Notes: generated by a model from the letters alone, not told the origin. Shown: positions 1-11,064, counted from the first letter of the stretch. The stretch: 64,000 bases of DNA from Macrostomum hystrix (GCA_950097015.1 CATNEN010000039.1:11036001-11100000), one strand, 5' to 3'. Translations and numbers: made by a program.

Positions 1-2505
1 TCGCAGCAAGATCCATATCTAGAATCGCAGCAAGATCCATATCTAGAATCGCAGCAAGATCCATATCTAGAATCGCAGCAAGATCCATATCTAGAATCGC
101 AGCAAGATCCATATCTAGAATCGCAGCAAGATCCATATCTAGAATCGCAGCAAGATCCATATCTAGAATCGCAGCAAGATCCATATCTAGAATCGCAGCA
201 AGATCCATATCTAGAATCGCAGCAAGATCCATATCTAGAATCGCAGCAAGATCTATATCTAGAATCGCAGCAAGATCTATATCTAGAATCGCAGCAAGAT
301 CCATATCTAGAATCGCAGCAAGATCCATATCTAGAATCGCAGCAAGATCTATATCTAGAATCGCAGCAAGATCCATATCTAGAATCGCAGCAAGATATAT
401 ATCTAGAATCGCAGCAAGATCTATATCTAGAAACGCAGCAAGATCTATATCTAGAATCGCAGCAAGATCCATATCTAGAATCGCAGCAAGATCCATATCT
501 AGAATCGCAGCAAGATCCATATCTAGAATCGCAGCAAGATCCATATCTAGAATCGCAGCAAGATCCATATCTAGAATCGCAGCAAGATCCATATCTAGAA
601 TCGCAGCAAGATCCATATCTAGAATCGCAGCAAGATCCATATCTAGAATCGCAGCAAGATCTATATCTAGAATCGCAGCAAGATCCATATCTAGAATCGC
701 AGCAAGATCCATATCTAGAATCGCAGCAAGATCCATATCTAGAATCGCAGCAAGATCCATATCTAGAATCGCAGCAAGATCCATATCTAGAATCGCAGCA
801 AGATCCATATCTAGAATCGCAGCAAGATCCATATCTAGAATCGCAGCAAGATCCATATCTAGAATCGCAGCAAGATCTATATCTAGAATCGCAGCAAGAT
901 CTATATCTAGAATCGCAGCAAGATCCATATCTAGAATCGCAGCAAGATCCATATCTAGAATCGCAGCAAGATCTATATCTAGAATCGCAGCAAGATCCAT
1001 ATCTAGAATCGCAGCAAGATATATATCTAGAATCGCAGCAAGATCTATATCTAGAAACGCAGCAAGATCTATATCTAGAATCGCAGCAAGATCCATATCT
1101 AGAATCGCAGCAAGATCCATATCTAGAATCGCAGCAAGATCCATATCTAGAATCGCAGCAAGATCCATATCTAGAATCGCAGCAAGATCCATATCTAGAA
1201 TCGCAGCAAGATCCATATCTAGAATCGCAGCAAGATCCATATCTAGAATCGCAGCAAGATCCATATCTAGAATCGCAGCAAGATCCATATCTAGAATCGC
1301 AGCATGATTCATATCTAGAATCGCAGCAAGATCCATATCTAGAATCGCAGCAAGATCCATATCTAGAATCGCAGCAAGATCCATATCTAGAATCGCAGCA
1401 AGATCTATATCTAGAATCGCAGCAAGATCCATATCTAGAATCGCAGCAAGATCTATATCTAGAATCGCAGCAAGATCTATATCTAGAATCGCAGCAAGAT
1501 CTATATCTAGAAACGCAGCAAGATCTATATCTAGAATCGCAGCAAGATCCATATCTAGAATCGCAGCAAGATCCATATCTAGAATCGCAGCAAGATCCAT
1601 ATCTAGATTCGCAGCAAGATCCATATCTAGAATCGCAGCAAGATCCATATCTAGAATTGCAGCAAGATCCATATCTAGAATCGCAGCATGATTCATATCT
1701 AGAATCGCAGCAAGATCCATATCTAGAATCGCAGCAAGATCCATATCTAGAATCGCAGCAAGATCCATATCTAGAATCGCAGCAAGATCTATATCTAGAA
1801 TCGCAGCAAGATCCATATCTAGAATCGCAGCAAGATCTATATCTAGAATCGCAGCAAGATCTATATCTAGAAACGCAGCAAGATCTATATCTAGAATCGC
1901 AGCAAGATCCATATCTAGAATCGCAGCAAGATCCATATCTAGAATCGCAGCAAGATCCATATCTAGATTCGCAGCAAGATCCATATCTAGAATCGCAGCA
2001 AGATCCATATCTAGAATTGCAGCAAGATCTATATCTAGAATCGCAGCAAGATCCATATCTAGAATCGCAGCAAGATCTATATCTAGAATCGCAGCAAGAT
2101 CCATATCTAGAATCGCAGCAAGATCCATATCTAGAATCGCAGCAAGATCCATATCTAGATTCGCAGCAAGATCCATATCTAGAATCGCAGCAAGATCCAT
2201 ATCTAGAATTGCAGCAAGATCCATATCTAGAATCGCAGCAAGATCCATATCTAGCTCGAAGAATCGCAGCAAGATCCATATCTAGCTCGAAGAATCGCAG
2301 CAAGATCCATATCTAGCTCGAAGAATCGCAGCAAGATCCATATCTAGAATCGCAGCAAGATCCATATCTAGCTCGAAGAATCGCAGCAAGATCCATATCT
2401 AGAATCGAGAATCTAGAATCGCAGCAGGAGTTGAAGCTAGAATCGCAGCAGGAGTTGAAGCTAGAATCGCAGCAGGAGCCCTACTTGCCAACTAGAATCG
2501 CAGCA
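1..2505. repeat. Minisatellite, 24-bp unit TCGCAGCAAGATCCATATCTAGAA (runs off the window start)
   Basis: About 100 tandem copies with point variants, degenerating at the right end. Explains the QQDPYLES ORF. Confidence 0.97.
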
Positions 2506-3052
2506 GATTATTTTTTGCACTCCAACTACTCTACTCATAGCAGCAAATCGCAGTTTATCCAGTGTCCAAGCAATTTTGTTGCAACTTTCCAATTTCAGGA
2601 CTTCATTCTTCTGCTGAATCTTGAAGCCAATTTGATGGCTCAATCTAATTTTCTGAGCCTTTGATTTAAAGATATGCGGTTCAAAAAAACGTTATTAAGG
2701 GGACATTTTTCCCATCACCTCCTATTCCCAGTGACATGAAGCAAATGAGACGGGTTGGAGAATGAACATCAAAGAGGGTTTGAAAGAGTGCCAAGAAAGG
2801 AGACAGCGACAGAGAAAGGCCTCAAAGCTGAGCCGAGACAAAAAGCAAAAGTGAGAAGAAGTGACGGTACACCAGAGTATTGGAAGACAATGCTGCAAGA
2901 AAGGAAAAAATGCGCAGAAAAATGCTGGGATCAAAGAAAAGTATAGTGGGCGAAGTTGAGACTGATGCCTTCATTTACAACCAGTTAGTATGGCTAGGGG
3001 TAAAAACGTTGATATTGTACAAATCTACTTACAAAGATAGAAGGTTAATCAT

Positions 3053-4055
3053 AGAGACAGTGGGTGACTCTCAGAGACAGTGGGTGACTCTCAGAGACTG
3101 TGGGTGACTCTCAGAGACAGTGGGTGACTCTCAGAGACAGTGAGTGACTCTCAGAGACAGTGGGTGACTCTCAGAGACAGTGGGTGACTTTCAGAGACAG
3201 TGGGTTGACGGTGGGTGAATCTCAGTGACGGTGGGTGAATCTCATGACGGTGGGTGAATCTCAGTGACGGTGGGTGAATCTCATGACGGTGGGTGAATCT
3301 CAGTGACGGTGGGTGAATCTCATGACGGTGGGTGAATCTCATGACAGTGGGTGACTCTCAGAGACAGTGGGTGACTTTCAGAGACAGTGGGTTGACGGTG
3401 GGTGAATCTCAGTGACGGTGGGTGAATCTCATGACGGTGGGTGAATCTCAGTGACTGTAGGTGAATCTCAGTGACTGTAGGTGAATCTCAGTGACTGTAG
3501 GTGAATCTCAGTGACGGTGGGTGAATCTCATGACGGTGGGTGAATCTCAGAGACAGTGGGTTGACGGTGGGTGAATCTCAGAGACAGTGGGTTGACGGTG
3601 GGTGAATCTCAGTGACGGTGGGTGAATCTCAGTGACGGTGGGTGAATCTCAGTGACGGTGGGTGAATCTCAGTGACGGTGGGTGAATCTCATGACGTTGG
3701 GTGAATCTCAGTGACGGTGGGTGAATCTCATGACGGTGGGTGAATCTCAGAGACAGTGGGTTGACGGTGGGTGAATCTCAGAGACAGTGGGTTGACGGTG
3801 GGTGAATCTCAGAGACAGTGGGTTGACGGTGGGTGAATCTCAGTGACGGTGGGTGAATCTCAGTGACGGTGGGTGAATCTCAGTGACTGTAGGTGAATCT
3901 CAGTGACGGTGGGTGAATCTCATGACGGTGGGTGAATCTCAGAGACGGTGGGTGAATCTCATGACGGTGGGTGAATCTCAGAGACAGTGGGTGAATCTCA
4001 TGACGGTGGGTGAATCTCAGTGACGGTGGGTGAATCTCAGTGACGGTGGGTGAAC
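3053..4055. repeat. Minisatellite, 19/20-bp unit CA(G)TGACGGTGGGTGAATCT / CAGAGACAGTGGGTGACTCT
   Basis: Tandem copies. The last unit runs directly into the HCN N-terminal reading frame. Confidence 0.95.
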
Positions 4056-4390
4056 CCGGACCCGCAGACAGTGACTCGGGTAGCCGGACGCCGCTGCTGG
4101 ACCGCAGCGAATCATTTTCACTGCCGGTGGAAGACGATCTCGGAGTCTCGGAGCGGCTGCAGTCGATTCCGATTGGTCGACGGCAAAGCCCCAATAGCGG
4201 CTTCGGGGGCAGCTTCCGTTCGATGCGAGCCTTCAAATCCCTGGACACGGCCGGTGGATCTGCCGGCGGAGGCACAGGTCAACGATTCGATTCGATGGAA
4301 CAGCAGCAGCAGCAGCTGCAGCAGCATCAACAGTCGATGGAACAGGAAGTGACAAATATCAATCATGTTAACAGCGGAAGCCTTCAGCAG
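4040..4390 (+). CDS. HCN: HCN channel, putative first coding exon (low-complexity N-terminus; start uncertain, GTG 4040 or ATG 4223)
   Basis: Open frame ending at the strong donor CAG|GTAAGC (4391) in phase 0. Joins in frame to the exon at 4657. Confidence 0.6.
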
Positions 4391-4656
4391 GTAAGCATGG
4401 AAACCTGCGCTACTGGGCTCAAAGTTTTTCCTATCCCTAATTCACCTTATAAATACAACTTATTCCTCATCCAATGTCTCACCTTGATAGCAAAGATAAT
4501 TTCAGCAGGGCTGAAGGCAATGGCAATTTATCTAGTCACAGTAGACCAACAGTCAGCAAGGAGGCAATTCTGCCCATTTCACTGACTCTTGAACACACAC
4601 TCGCACACGTGTGTACCTCACATGATCCCTCATTCCGCACCACTAACACACAATAG

Positions 4657-5171
4657 CCACATCTGCCGGTGTCGGCGTCATTCGGCGCCGGGGTTGTCGG
4701 CATCACTGGCATCAGCGGCGGCGGAGGCAGCGCCGCGGGCGGCAGCTCCGGTGTCGGCGGCGGTGGCGGCGTCAAGCGGTTTCCAAGCTTTCGAGCGAGG
4801 CTGGTCGGTAGATTCAGCTCGGTTCGACAGCCGCACGGCTTCCACAGGCAGCAGCAGCAGCAGCAGCATCGACTCGGCCATCACCACTCACTAGGCGGCG
4901 GGCCCAGCGAACCGCTGATAAGCTCGATGGAGCCCGGCTGCGAGGCCGCGGGCAGGCGAAGCCAGGATGCGGCAAGCGCAGGCATTGACATAGGGTGCGA
5001 TCAGCAGCAGAGCACCTCCAGCTACCTCAAGGAGCAGTTCTTCGCCTTCTTCCAGCCCTCCGACAATAAGTTGGCCATGAAGCTGTTTGGCAACAAGAAC
5101 GCTTTGCTAAAGGAGAAGCGCCGGCAGCAGCAGTCTGGCAAATGGATCATCCACCCGTGCAGCAACTTCAG
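4657..5171 (+). CDS. HCN: HCN exon: Gly/Gln-rich N-terminus and HCN domain
   Basis: Branch-like CACTAAC at 4641, acceptor TAG ending 4656. Encodes YLKEQFFAFFQPSDNKLAMKLFGNKNALLKEKRRQQQSGKWIIHPCSNFR, typical of invertebrate Ih. Donor AG|GTAAGA at 5172. Confidence 0.9.
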
Positions 5172-5305
5172 GTAAGACGAAGCCGGGCACCATTGGTGGC
5201 GCAGTAACCAAACTTGCCCTAGCAACAGTCTCCGGGCTGCAGTGTGCATGTCAGGAGGTCTAAAAGCAAAAATGGGCCAAAGACAGGCGCCCTCCGAACA
5301 CCTGC

Positions 5306-6215
5306 ATGTCTCATCTCTCCCGTGTCTCATCTCTCCCGTGTCTCATCTCTCCTCTCTCATCTCTCCCGTGTCTCATCTCTCCCGTGTCTCATCTCTCCCA
5401 TGTCTCATCTCTCCCGTGTCTCATATCTCCCGTGTCTCATATCTCCCGAGTCTCATCTCTCCCGTGTCTCATCTCTCCCATGTCTCATCTATCCCGTGTC
5501 TCATATCTCCCGAGTCTCATCTCTCCCCTGTCTCATCTCTCCCGTGTCTCATCTCTCACTTGTCTCATCGCTTTTGTCTCATCTCCCACTGTCTTATCTC
5601 TCCCCTGTCTTATCTCTCCCCTGTCTTATCTCTCCCGTGTCTCATCTCTCCTGTGTCTCATCTCTCCCGAGTCTCATCTCTCCCGTGTCTCATCTCTCCC
5701 ATGTCTCATCTATCCCGTGTCTCATATCTCCCGTGTCTCATCTCTCCCTTGTCTCATCGCTTTTGTCTCATCTCCCACTGTCTTATCTCTCCCCTGTCTT
5801 ATCTCTCCTGTGTCTCATCTCTCCTCTGTCTCCTCTCTCCCCTGTCTCATCTCTCCCCTGTCTCATCTCTCCTGTGTCTCATCTCTCCTGTGTCTCATCT
5901 CTCCTGTGTCTCATCTCTCCCTTGTCTTATCTCTCCTGTGTCTCATCTCTCCTGTGTCTCATCTCTCCCCTGTCTCATCTCTCCCCTGTCTCATCTCTCC
6001 CCTGTCTCATCTCTCCTGTGTCTCATCTCTCCTGTGTCTCATCTCTCCTGTGTCTCATCTCTCCTGTGTCTCATCTCTCCTGTGTCTTATCTCTCCCGTG
6101 TCTCATCTCTCCCCTGTCTCCTCTCTCCCCTGTCTCATCTCTCCCCTGTCTCATCTCTCCTGTGTCTCATCTCTCCTGTGTCTCATCTCTCCTGTGTCTT
6201 ATCTCTCCCGTGTAT
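5306..6215. repeat. Intronic pyrimidine-rich minisatellite, about 16-bp unit TGTCTCATCTCTCCCG
   Basis: Tandem copies inside the HCN intron. ORFs in all three + frames are artefacts. Confidence 0.95.
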
Positions 6216-7002
6216 CAGCTCTCACATGTCTTATCTCTTTCATTGGCTCTCATCTGATCTCGTCACGTTGCCTATTTTATCTTATCTTATCTCTCTTTCT
6301 CCATCTCATCTCAGCATCTCTCCTCTGTAGATCTGATCCCACTGGGATGTTTTAAATCTGGATTTCCTCTTCTGCCCGCAAGGCCTCTTCCCATTCTGAT
6401 GTAAGGAAAGTGCAGCTACTTGGCGCCGCTGCGCTGTTATGTTTATCACGTCTGTCACTTCTCCGTCTCGGATTCGAAGCCCTCGATCCCATTTGGCATC
6501 TCCGCCACAGCGGATAAGCTGACAAGCTGATAAGCCTGATGGCTGACCAACCTGAAGCTGAAGCCAGGTTTATTCCCCAATTTTAGAATTGTCTCGTGTT
6601 CACCTGAAGATTGCAGTCTTTGGATACAAATCGATGGTTAAGCATCATAACTTAGAGATGTCTGTGAGATATATGGGCTAGTGCAAAAACTGCACAAAAT
6701 GTGCCGCAATTATCTTACAATCGAATCCGAATCCCATGTCCCGCGCATTCTTCCTCATCAGAAACTATTCGCAGTTCTGGTCTGTTCCCTTCGATCTCGA
6801 TTCAGCGGTGATTGACAGGGCAGGCGGTTCCGCCGGTTTACAGGCTAAAGCGGGTTTTCACCGCGAAGAAATTGCTAGAGATCACTCAGACCGGTCAGCA
6901 CCGGACAGCTAATCTCAAGCTTGCGAAATCGTCAAGCCTAGCGCGAGGCTTTCCTAGAAACGTCAATTTTCATTTATGAAGAGGAGATTTCGCTGCGCCT
7001 GT

Positions 7003-7070
7003 GGGGGTCGAGTGGCAGAGCAATCTAAGTCGGTTCGCCTCTCGCAACAAGGTCCCTGAGCTCGATTCAT
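7003..7070 (+). mobile_element. tRNA-derived SINE head fragment (family 1)
   Basis: GTGGCAGAGC...CCTCTCGCAACAAGGTCCCTGAGCTCGATTC matches the reverse complement of the heads at about 59420-59485 and 25053-25132. Confidence 0.6.
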
Positions 7071-7265
7071 TTTTTCACAGCCGCGGAGACAATGCTTGGG
7101 TGCTTTCTCTAAGGGTCAATCTACAAGGCACAGAGCGAGTGGCCACTGCCTGAAAATAACCGAGTCAGAACAGATGTACAGTCACTGTTTTTCGTGTGTG
7201 TTCCTCTAGCTGGCTGGCCTCAGCCCCCCCCCTGCAAAAACAGCCCTTGCCTCCGCCCGCCGCAG

Positions 7266-7429
7266 GTTCTACTGGGACCTGCTGATGCTGGTGTTGCTGA
7301 TCACCAACCTGGTGGTGCTGCCCGTCGCCATTTCGTTCTTCAACGACGACCTGAGCGCCCACTGGATAATTTTCAACTGCGTCTCAGACACCATCTTCCT
7401 CAGCGACATTGCAGTGAACTTCCGAACAG
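7266..7429 (+). CDS. HCN: HCN exon: S1-S2
   Basis: CAG acceptor. Encodes (R)FYWDLLMLVLLITNLVVLPVAISFFNDDLSAHWIIFNCVSDTIFLSDIAVNFRT(G). Ends at the non-canonical donor G|GCAAGC. Confidence 0.93.
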
Positions 7430-7742
7430 GCAAGCGGGGCTGGAAGGGGCGTTCAGTGCCGATCGCATCGATTCGACGGTCGGGAGGGGATAATTCTAAC
7501 TCATCTAGCCCCTATAGGAGAAAATCTAGAAACACTGCTCAGCTGGGTGGAGACTTTGAAGGGCTCAACTTGGGCACGCTGACAAGCCTCCCACAGCGCT
7601 CCAACGAGTGCCAAATGAAGCGAGAGCCAACTCAGCTTCCCACTCCATTCCATCGGCTTCTGCTCAATTTGCTACCAATGGACAGCTTGAGTCCGATCGC
7701 ACTTTTACACGCTTCACCGTTGAATAACTCCTTCTGTTGCAG

Positions 7743-7910
7743 GCGTCATCACGAATGACTTCGCAGAAGAGATCATCCTGGACCCAAAGCTGATCGCGCA
7801 GCACTACCTGAAGTCCTGGTTCTTTCTAGACCTCATCTCTTCCATACCAATGGACTACATCTTTCTGGTGCTCAATCAGAGGAACAATGTCAGCCAGTTG
7901 GTTCACGCAG
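7743..7910 (+). CDS. HCN: HCN exon: S2-S3 loop and S3
   Basis: TTGCAG acceptor. Encodes [55 protein letters not shown]. Donor G|GTGAGA. Not shown in this frame in the ORF track. Confidence 0.93.
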
Positions 7911-7999
7911 GTGAGACTGGGACTGCTCAAATTCTTGCCCTGGCTTCAATTTTGGTTCAGCCAGTGGGAGCTCATGGCAAACCAACTTCGCCTCCTTAG

Positions 8000-8097
8000 G
8001 CCGAGCTCTGCGCATTCTGCGGCTGGCGAAGCTTCTCAGCCTGCTGCGCCTGCTGCGCCTCTCGCGATTGGTCCGCTACGTCAGCCAATGGGAGGAG
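8000..8097 (+). CDS. HCN: HCN exon: S4 voltage sensor
   Basis: TTAG acceptor. Encodes [32 protein letters not shown]. Phase-0 donor GAG|GTGAGA. Confidence 0.95.
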
Positions 8098-8229
8098 GTG
8101 AGATAATTTTCTACTTTTAGTAGCTGCATTTTTACTTCTAAAGTGACGCAACAAGAATCTTGTGTCGAGTCCAAGGTACTCCAAACCGTAAACTTCCCCT
8201 CGACTTCCTTATTCCCTATTATTTTACAG

Positions 8230-8379
8230 TTCTTTCAAATAGCCAGCAAATGCTTCGGCATTATAAAGCTGGTGCTGATCATGATGCTCTTGGGCCACTG
8301 GAATGCCTGCTTCCAGTTTCTCATTCCGTTCCTAAGCGAATTCCCGGACGACTCGTGGGTGGCCAGGAGCGGCCTGAAG
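8230..8379 (+). CDS. HCN: HCN alternative S4-S5/S5/turret exon A (150 nt)
   Basis: TTTTACAG acceptor, AAG|GTGATG donor. Encodes FFQIASKCFGIIKLVLIMMLLGHWNACFQFLIPFLSEFPDDSWVARSGLK. Confidence 0.85.
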
Positions 8380-8771
8380 GTGATGCCCGGCTGGGGTCTA
8401 CTGTCGGGTTTCTGTTGCGTTGGCAACTTGCACCAGCTTTGGCCCCTGTGCGTCTCTCGCTTATCAGTGTCAAACCTGTCAGCCTCCGCTAACCAATCGA
8501 TAATCAATCAATAAATAGATCCCTTTAACCTGCGCCCATTGCACCGCAGCTATAATGTGCCTTACCGAGTTCTGTAGCCACGAGCACTCGCCGCACATCC
8601 CGACTCACCGCTCCGTTTCTAGAGAGGCCTTAGTTTTCTGCCTGTTCTGTCTGTGTGGCCAAACAAGAGTTCTTAGAGTTTTTACAGGATTTTTCGTAGA
8701 CGATCATTCAACATGACCAAGTGCCGGACGCTGCTAAATTCCAATCCTAGTCACCTTCCCCACATTTGCAG

Positions 8772-8921
8772 CTCCTGAGTGCAGCCAATAAGTTCATGGG
8801 TATTTTCAACCTGGTCCTCCTGATGCTGCTGTTGGGCCATTGGAATGCCTGCCTGCAGTATCTCATTCCGTTTCTGCAGGACTTTCCCGAGCAATCTTGG
8901 GTTGTCAGGTGCAACTTGAAG
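8772..8921 (+). CDS. HCN: HCN alternative S4-S5/S5/turret exon B (150 nt)
   Basis: TTTGCAG acceptor, AAG|GTGAAG donor. Encodes LLSAANKFMGIFNLVLLMLLLGHWNACLQYLIPFLQDFPEQSWVVRCNLK. Confidence 0.88.
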
Positions 8922-9361
8922 GTGAAGAAAGATAAAAATACACTAATTAATCCGTTTGGCGCATCGAGCGAATCCATTTACTCTGTCTCGGCTCACATTC
9001 ACCTGGCAGCCTTTCCCATTCAAAGCTGTACTTTCTAGAATTATAGATCCCCCAGACGCATTAACTGCTCGATAATTTGCACCGTGTCAAATTTCATCGG
9101 CACAATTGACTGCCAGTTTGTTTGGCTTTGCTGACATACGTTTTTAATTAGAAAGCTGTGCTGATTAAGAGCAGCAATGGTGATTGTTTGCCTGTCTGCA
9201 TGCCGCTGGTCAAGCCCATGAAATCGGAGTCTTCATGAGAAAAATGCATCGACCTCCAGATAGAAAATAAAATGCTTAAGCACGATCTTAAAGCATTCTT
9301 AAAACTTCCTAAAAACTGTTGTATAGTCTCCCTCGAAAAGATTGAAAAATCAATGCCATGG

Positions 9362-9550
9362 GGAATTTCTAGAACCGGCTAGCTGGGAACCCCCAGTGAC
9401 GTCTGCGGAGATCGCACGAATTGGAATTTCTAGAACCGGCTAGCTGGGAACCCCCAGTGACGTCTGCGGAGATCGCACGAATTGGAATTTCTAGAACCGG
9501 CTAGCTGGGAACCCCCAGTGACGTCTGCGGAGATCGCACGAATTTCGTGC
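9362..9550. repeat. 61-bp unit x3 in the intron between exons B and C
   Basis: GGAATTTCTAGAACCGGCTAGCTGGGAACCCCCAGTGACGTCTGCGGAGATCGCACGAATT starts at 9362, 9423 and 9484. Ends in the near-palindrome GCACGAA-T-TTCGTGC. Confidence 0.9.
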
Positions 9551-10398
9551 AATAGTTCTCTTTGGCTAGCGAACTTCGCCAGTCATAAGCATCCGTGAGT
9601 GTCTTCACAATTGTAATCGGAAAGTGAGATCAACGTTAGTGGCCATCGTTGATGGCAATAAAATGCATCGAGATAGTTTGGACGGAAGTGTAGTGACTGT
9701 GGTCGGTTAGGGATCCCCGGCCTACGTTAGGACGCTCACACAGTACTCCTTAGTAAGATGGTGCAGTACAGGCCTGGCACTCCGAAAGGAAAGACACGAA
9801 TGCAGCGCCTACAGGATGATGCAGGTGGCTTCTCTGACAATTTCGGTGTGTCTGATTTCTTTCATGCAATAAATTTAGTCTTTGCAGTAAGATACCGTCT
9901 TTTCGGGCTGGACTGATAAGGTCAAAATAAAAGTCAAGCTAACGGCACGCAGGGAGGGGTAGGGTTGTACGCGCTGGCCGGGTGGATGGGCAGAGCTGAT
10001 TGGCGGGAAGGCCAAAACCACTCGGGCCTGTGGTAAGGGTTGGCAGACAATCCCCGCGCCCAGCCAATCAGGTGGCGGCACAGGGCAGACAGGGCAGGGA
10101 CGGGTAAGAGGGTGAAAGAGGGCGAGGCCAAGGCCGAGCCAACCATACCGGCCTGAAATAACGGCCTTGGCGGGCAGTCAACAATGCCCAACCGCATCCT
10201 GAACACAGGTCTTGCGAAAGTAAAACACGATGTCTTCAATGGCGAGTCAAAATGTTGAGCAGTCATAGTCATAGCTGTTTTAAAACTTTGAGCTTTGAAA
10301 ATAAATTCTTGTTTGTGTGTAAGTTCTCTGTTTGACAATTACCGCTGCAGACGGTCACCGCGATAGTTCCAAAGCGCTTCTTGACTGCCCCCTTTCAG

Positions 10399-10548
10399 TT
10401 GCTGAACGTGGCCTCAGTGTTTATTCGTGTTGTAAACCTGGTCTGTTTGATGCTGCTGCTCGCTCACTGGAACGGCTGCCTGCAGTTCCTCGTGCCAGCC
10501 ATTCAAGACTTCCCCAAAGACTCCTGGGTTAGGAAGCTGAACATCCAG
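10399..10548 (+). CDS. HCN: HCN alternative S4-S5/S5/turret exon C (150 nt, most canonical)
   Basis: CCTTTCAG acceptor, CAG|GTACCT donor. Encodes LLNVASVFIRVVNLVCLMLLLAHWNGCLQFLVPAIQDFPKDSWVRKLNIQ. Confidence 0.9.
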
Positions 10549-10742
10549 GTACCTGCCGGGTGCGGACGGCCAATCTCATGGCTACCTACCTCGGAGCTCT
10601 TTGATTTGTGCAAATTTTTCTTGCCTTTTTAGTTTTATTATATAAATCTGTCAATCAGTTTGAAGTTGACCTGACGGAGCACTCTTGTCACACTAATATT
10701 TTGAGTAAAGCGATGGAATCAATTAAGATGGAGCTTTCTTAA

Positions 10743-11064
10743 CAGTAAGAACTACCATGCGACGGTATTTTTGAAAAAAATAACAGGTAGTATTTTTGAA
10801 AAAAATATACAATTTAATCAATCCAAAATAGTTACCAATGACAGCCAAGATGAAATTTTGTGAGCAGAAAAATTATACCTATATTTTATTCGTTGAATAT
10901 CTCGACGATGCCGATGTTTTGTGATTCCGGAAGTTGTTTCATCGAATAGAGCGGAAAATTTTAGCCCGTGTTCATGATTTTCATGGTGATTGGTTGGATA
11001 TTTTGGGAGATACAGAATAAGAAAAATGTGGGTAGTTAAAACAGCCCCCGTGGTCTTTCTACTG
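10743..11064. mobile_element. MITE / non-autonomous DNA element flanked by TTAA
   Basis: TTAA|CAGTAAGAACTACCATG ... CGTGGTCTTTCTACTG|TTAA imperfect terminal inverted repeats. Related copy at 13381-13608. Confidence 0.7.

Noticed and set aside
1657-2316. QQDPYLES-repeat ORF, and the other long repeat ORFs (5242-6355, 32690-34199, 42320-44092, 44775-46615, 55526-56827, 62653-63954)
   Set aside because: These are translations of stop-free minisatellite units, often open in several frames or strands and often intronic.
2722-3050. Short ORFs upstream of HCN (GTPEYWKTML faintly Helitron-like, or a possible upstream exon)
   Set aside because: Too short, with no further motifs and no convincing junction.
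8230-10548. Three S5 exons read as fragments of separate HCN paralogues, or as constitutive exons
   Set aside because: Only this exon is triplicated inside one otherwise single-copy gene, and constitutive inclusion would break the 6-TM topology.
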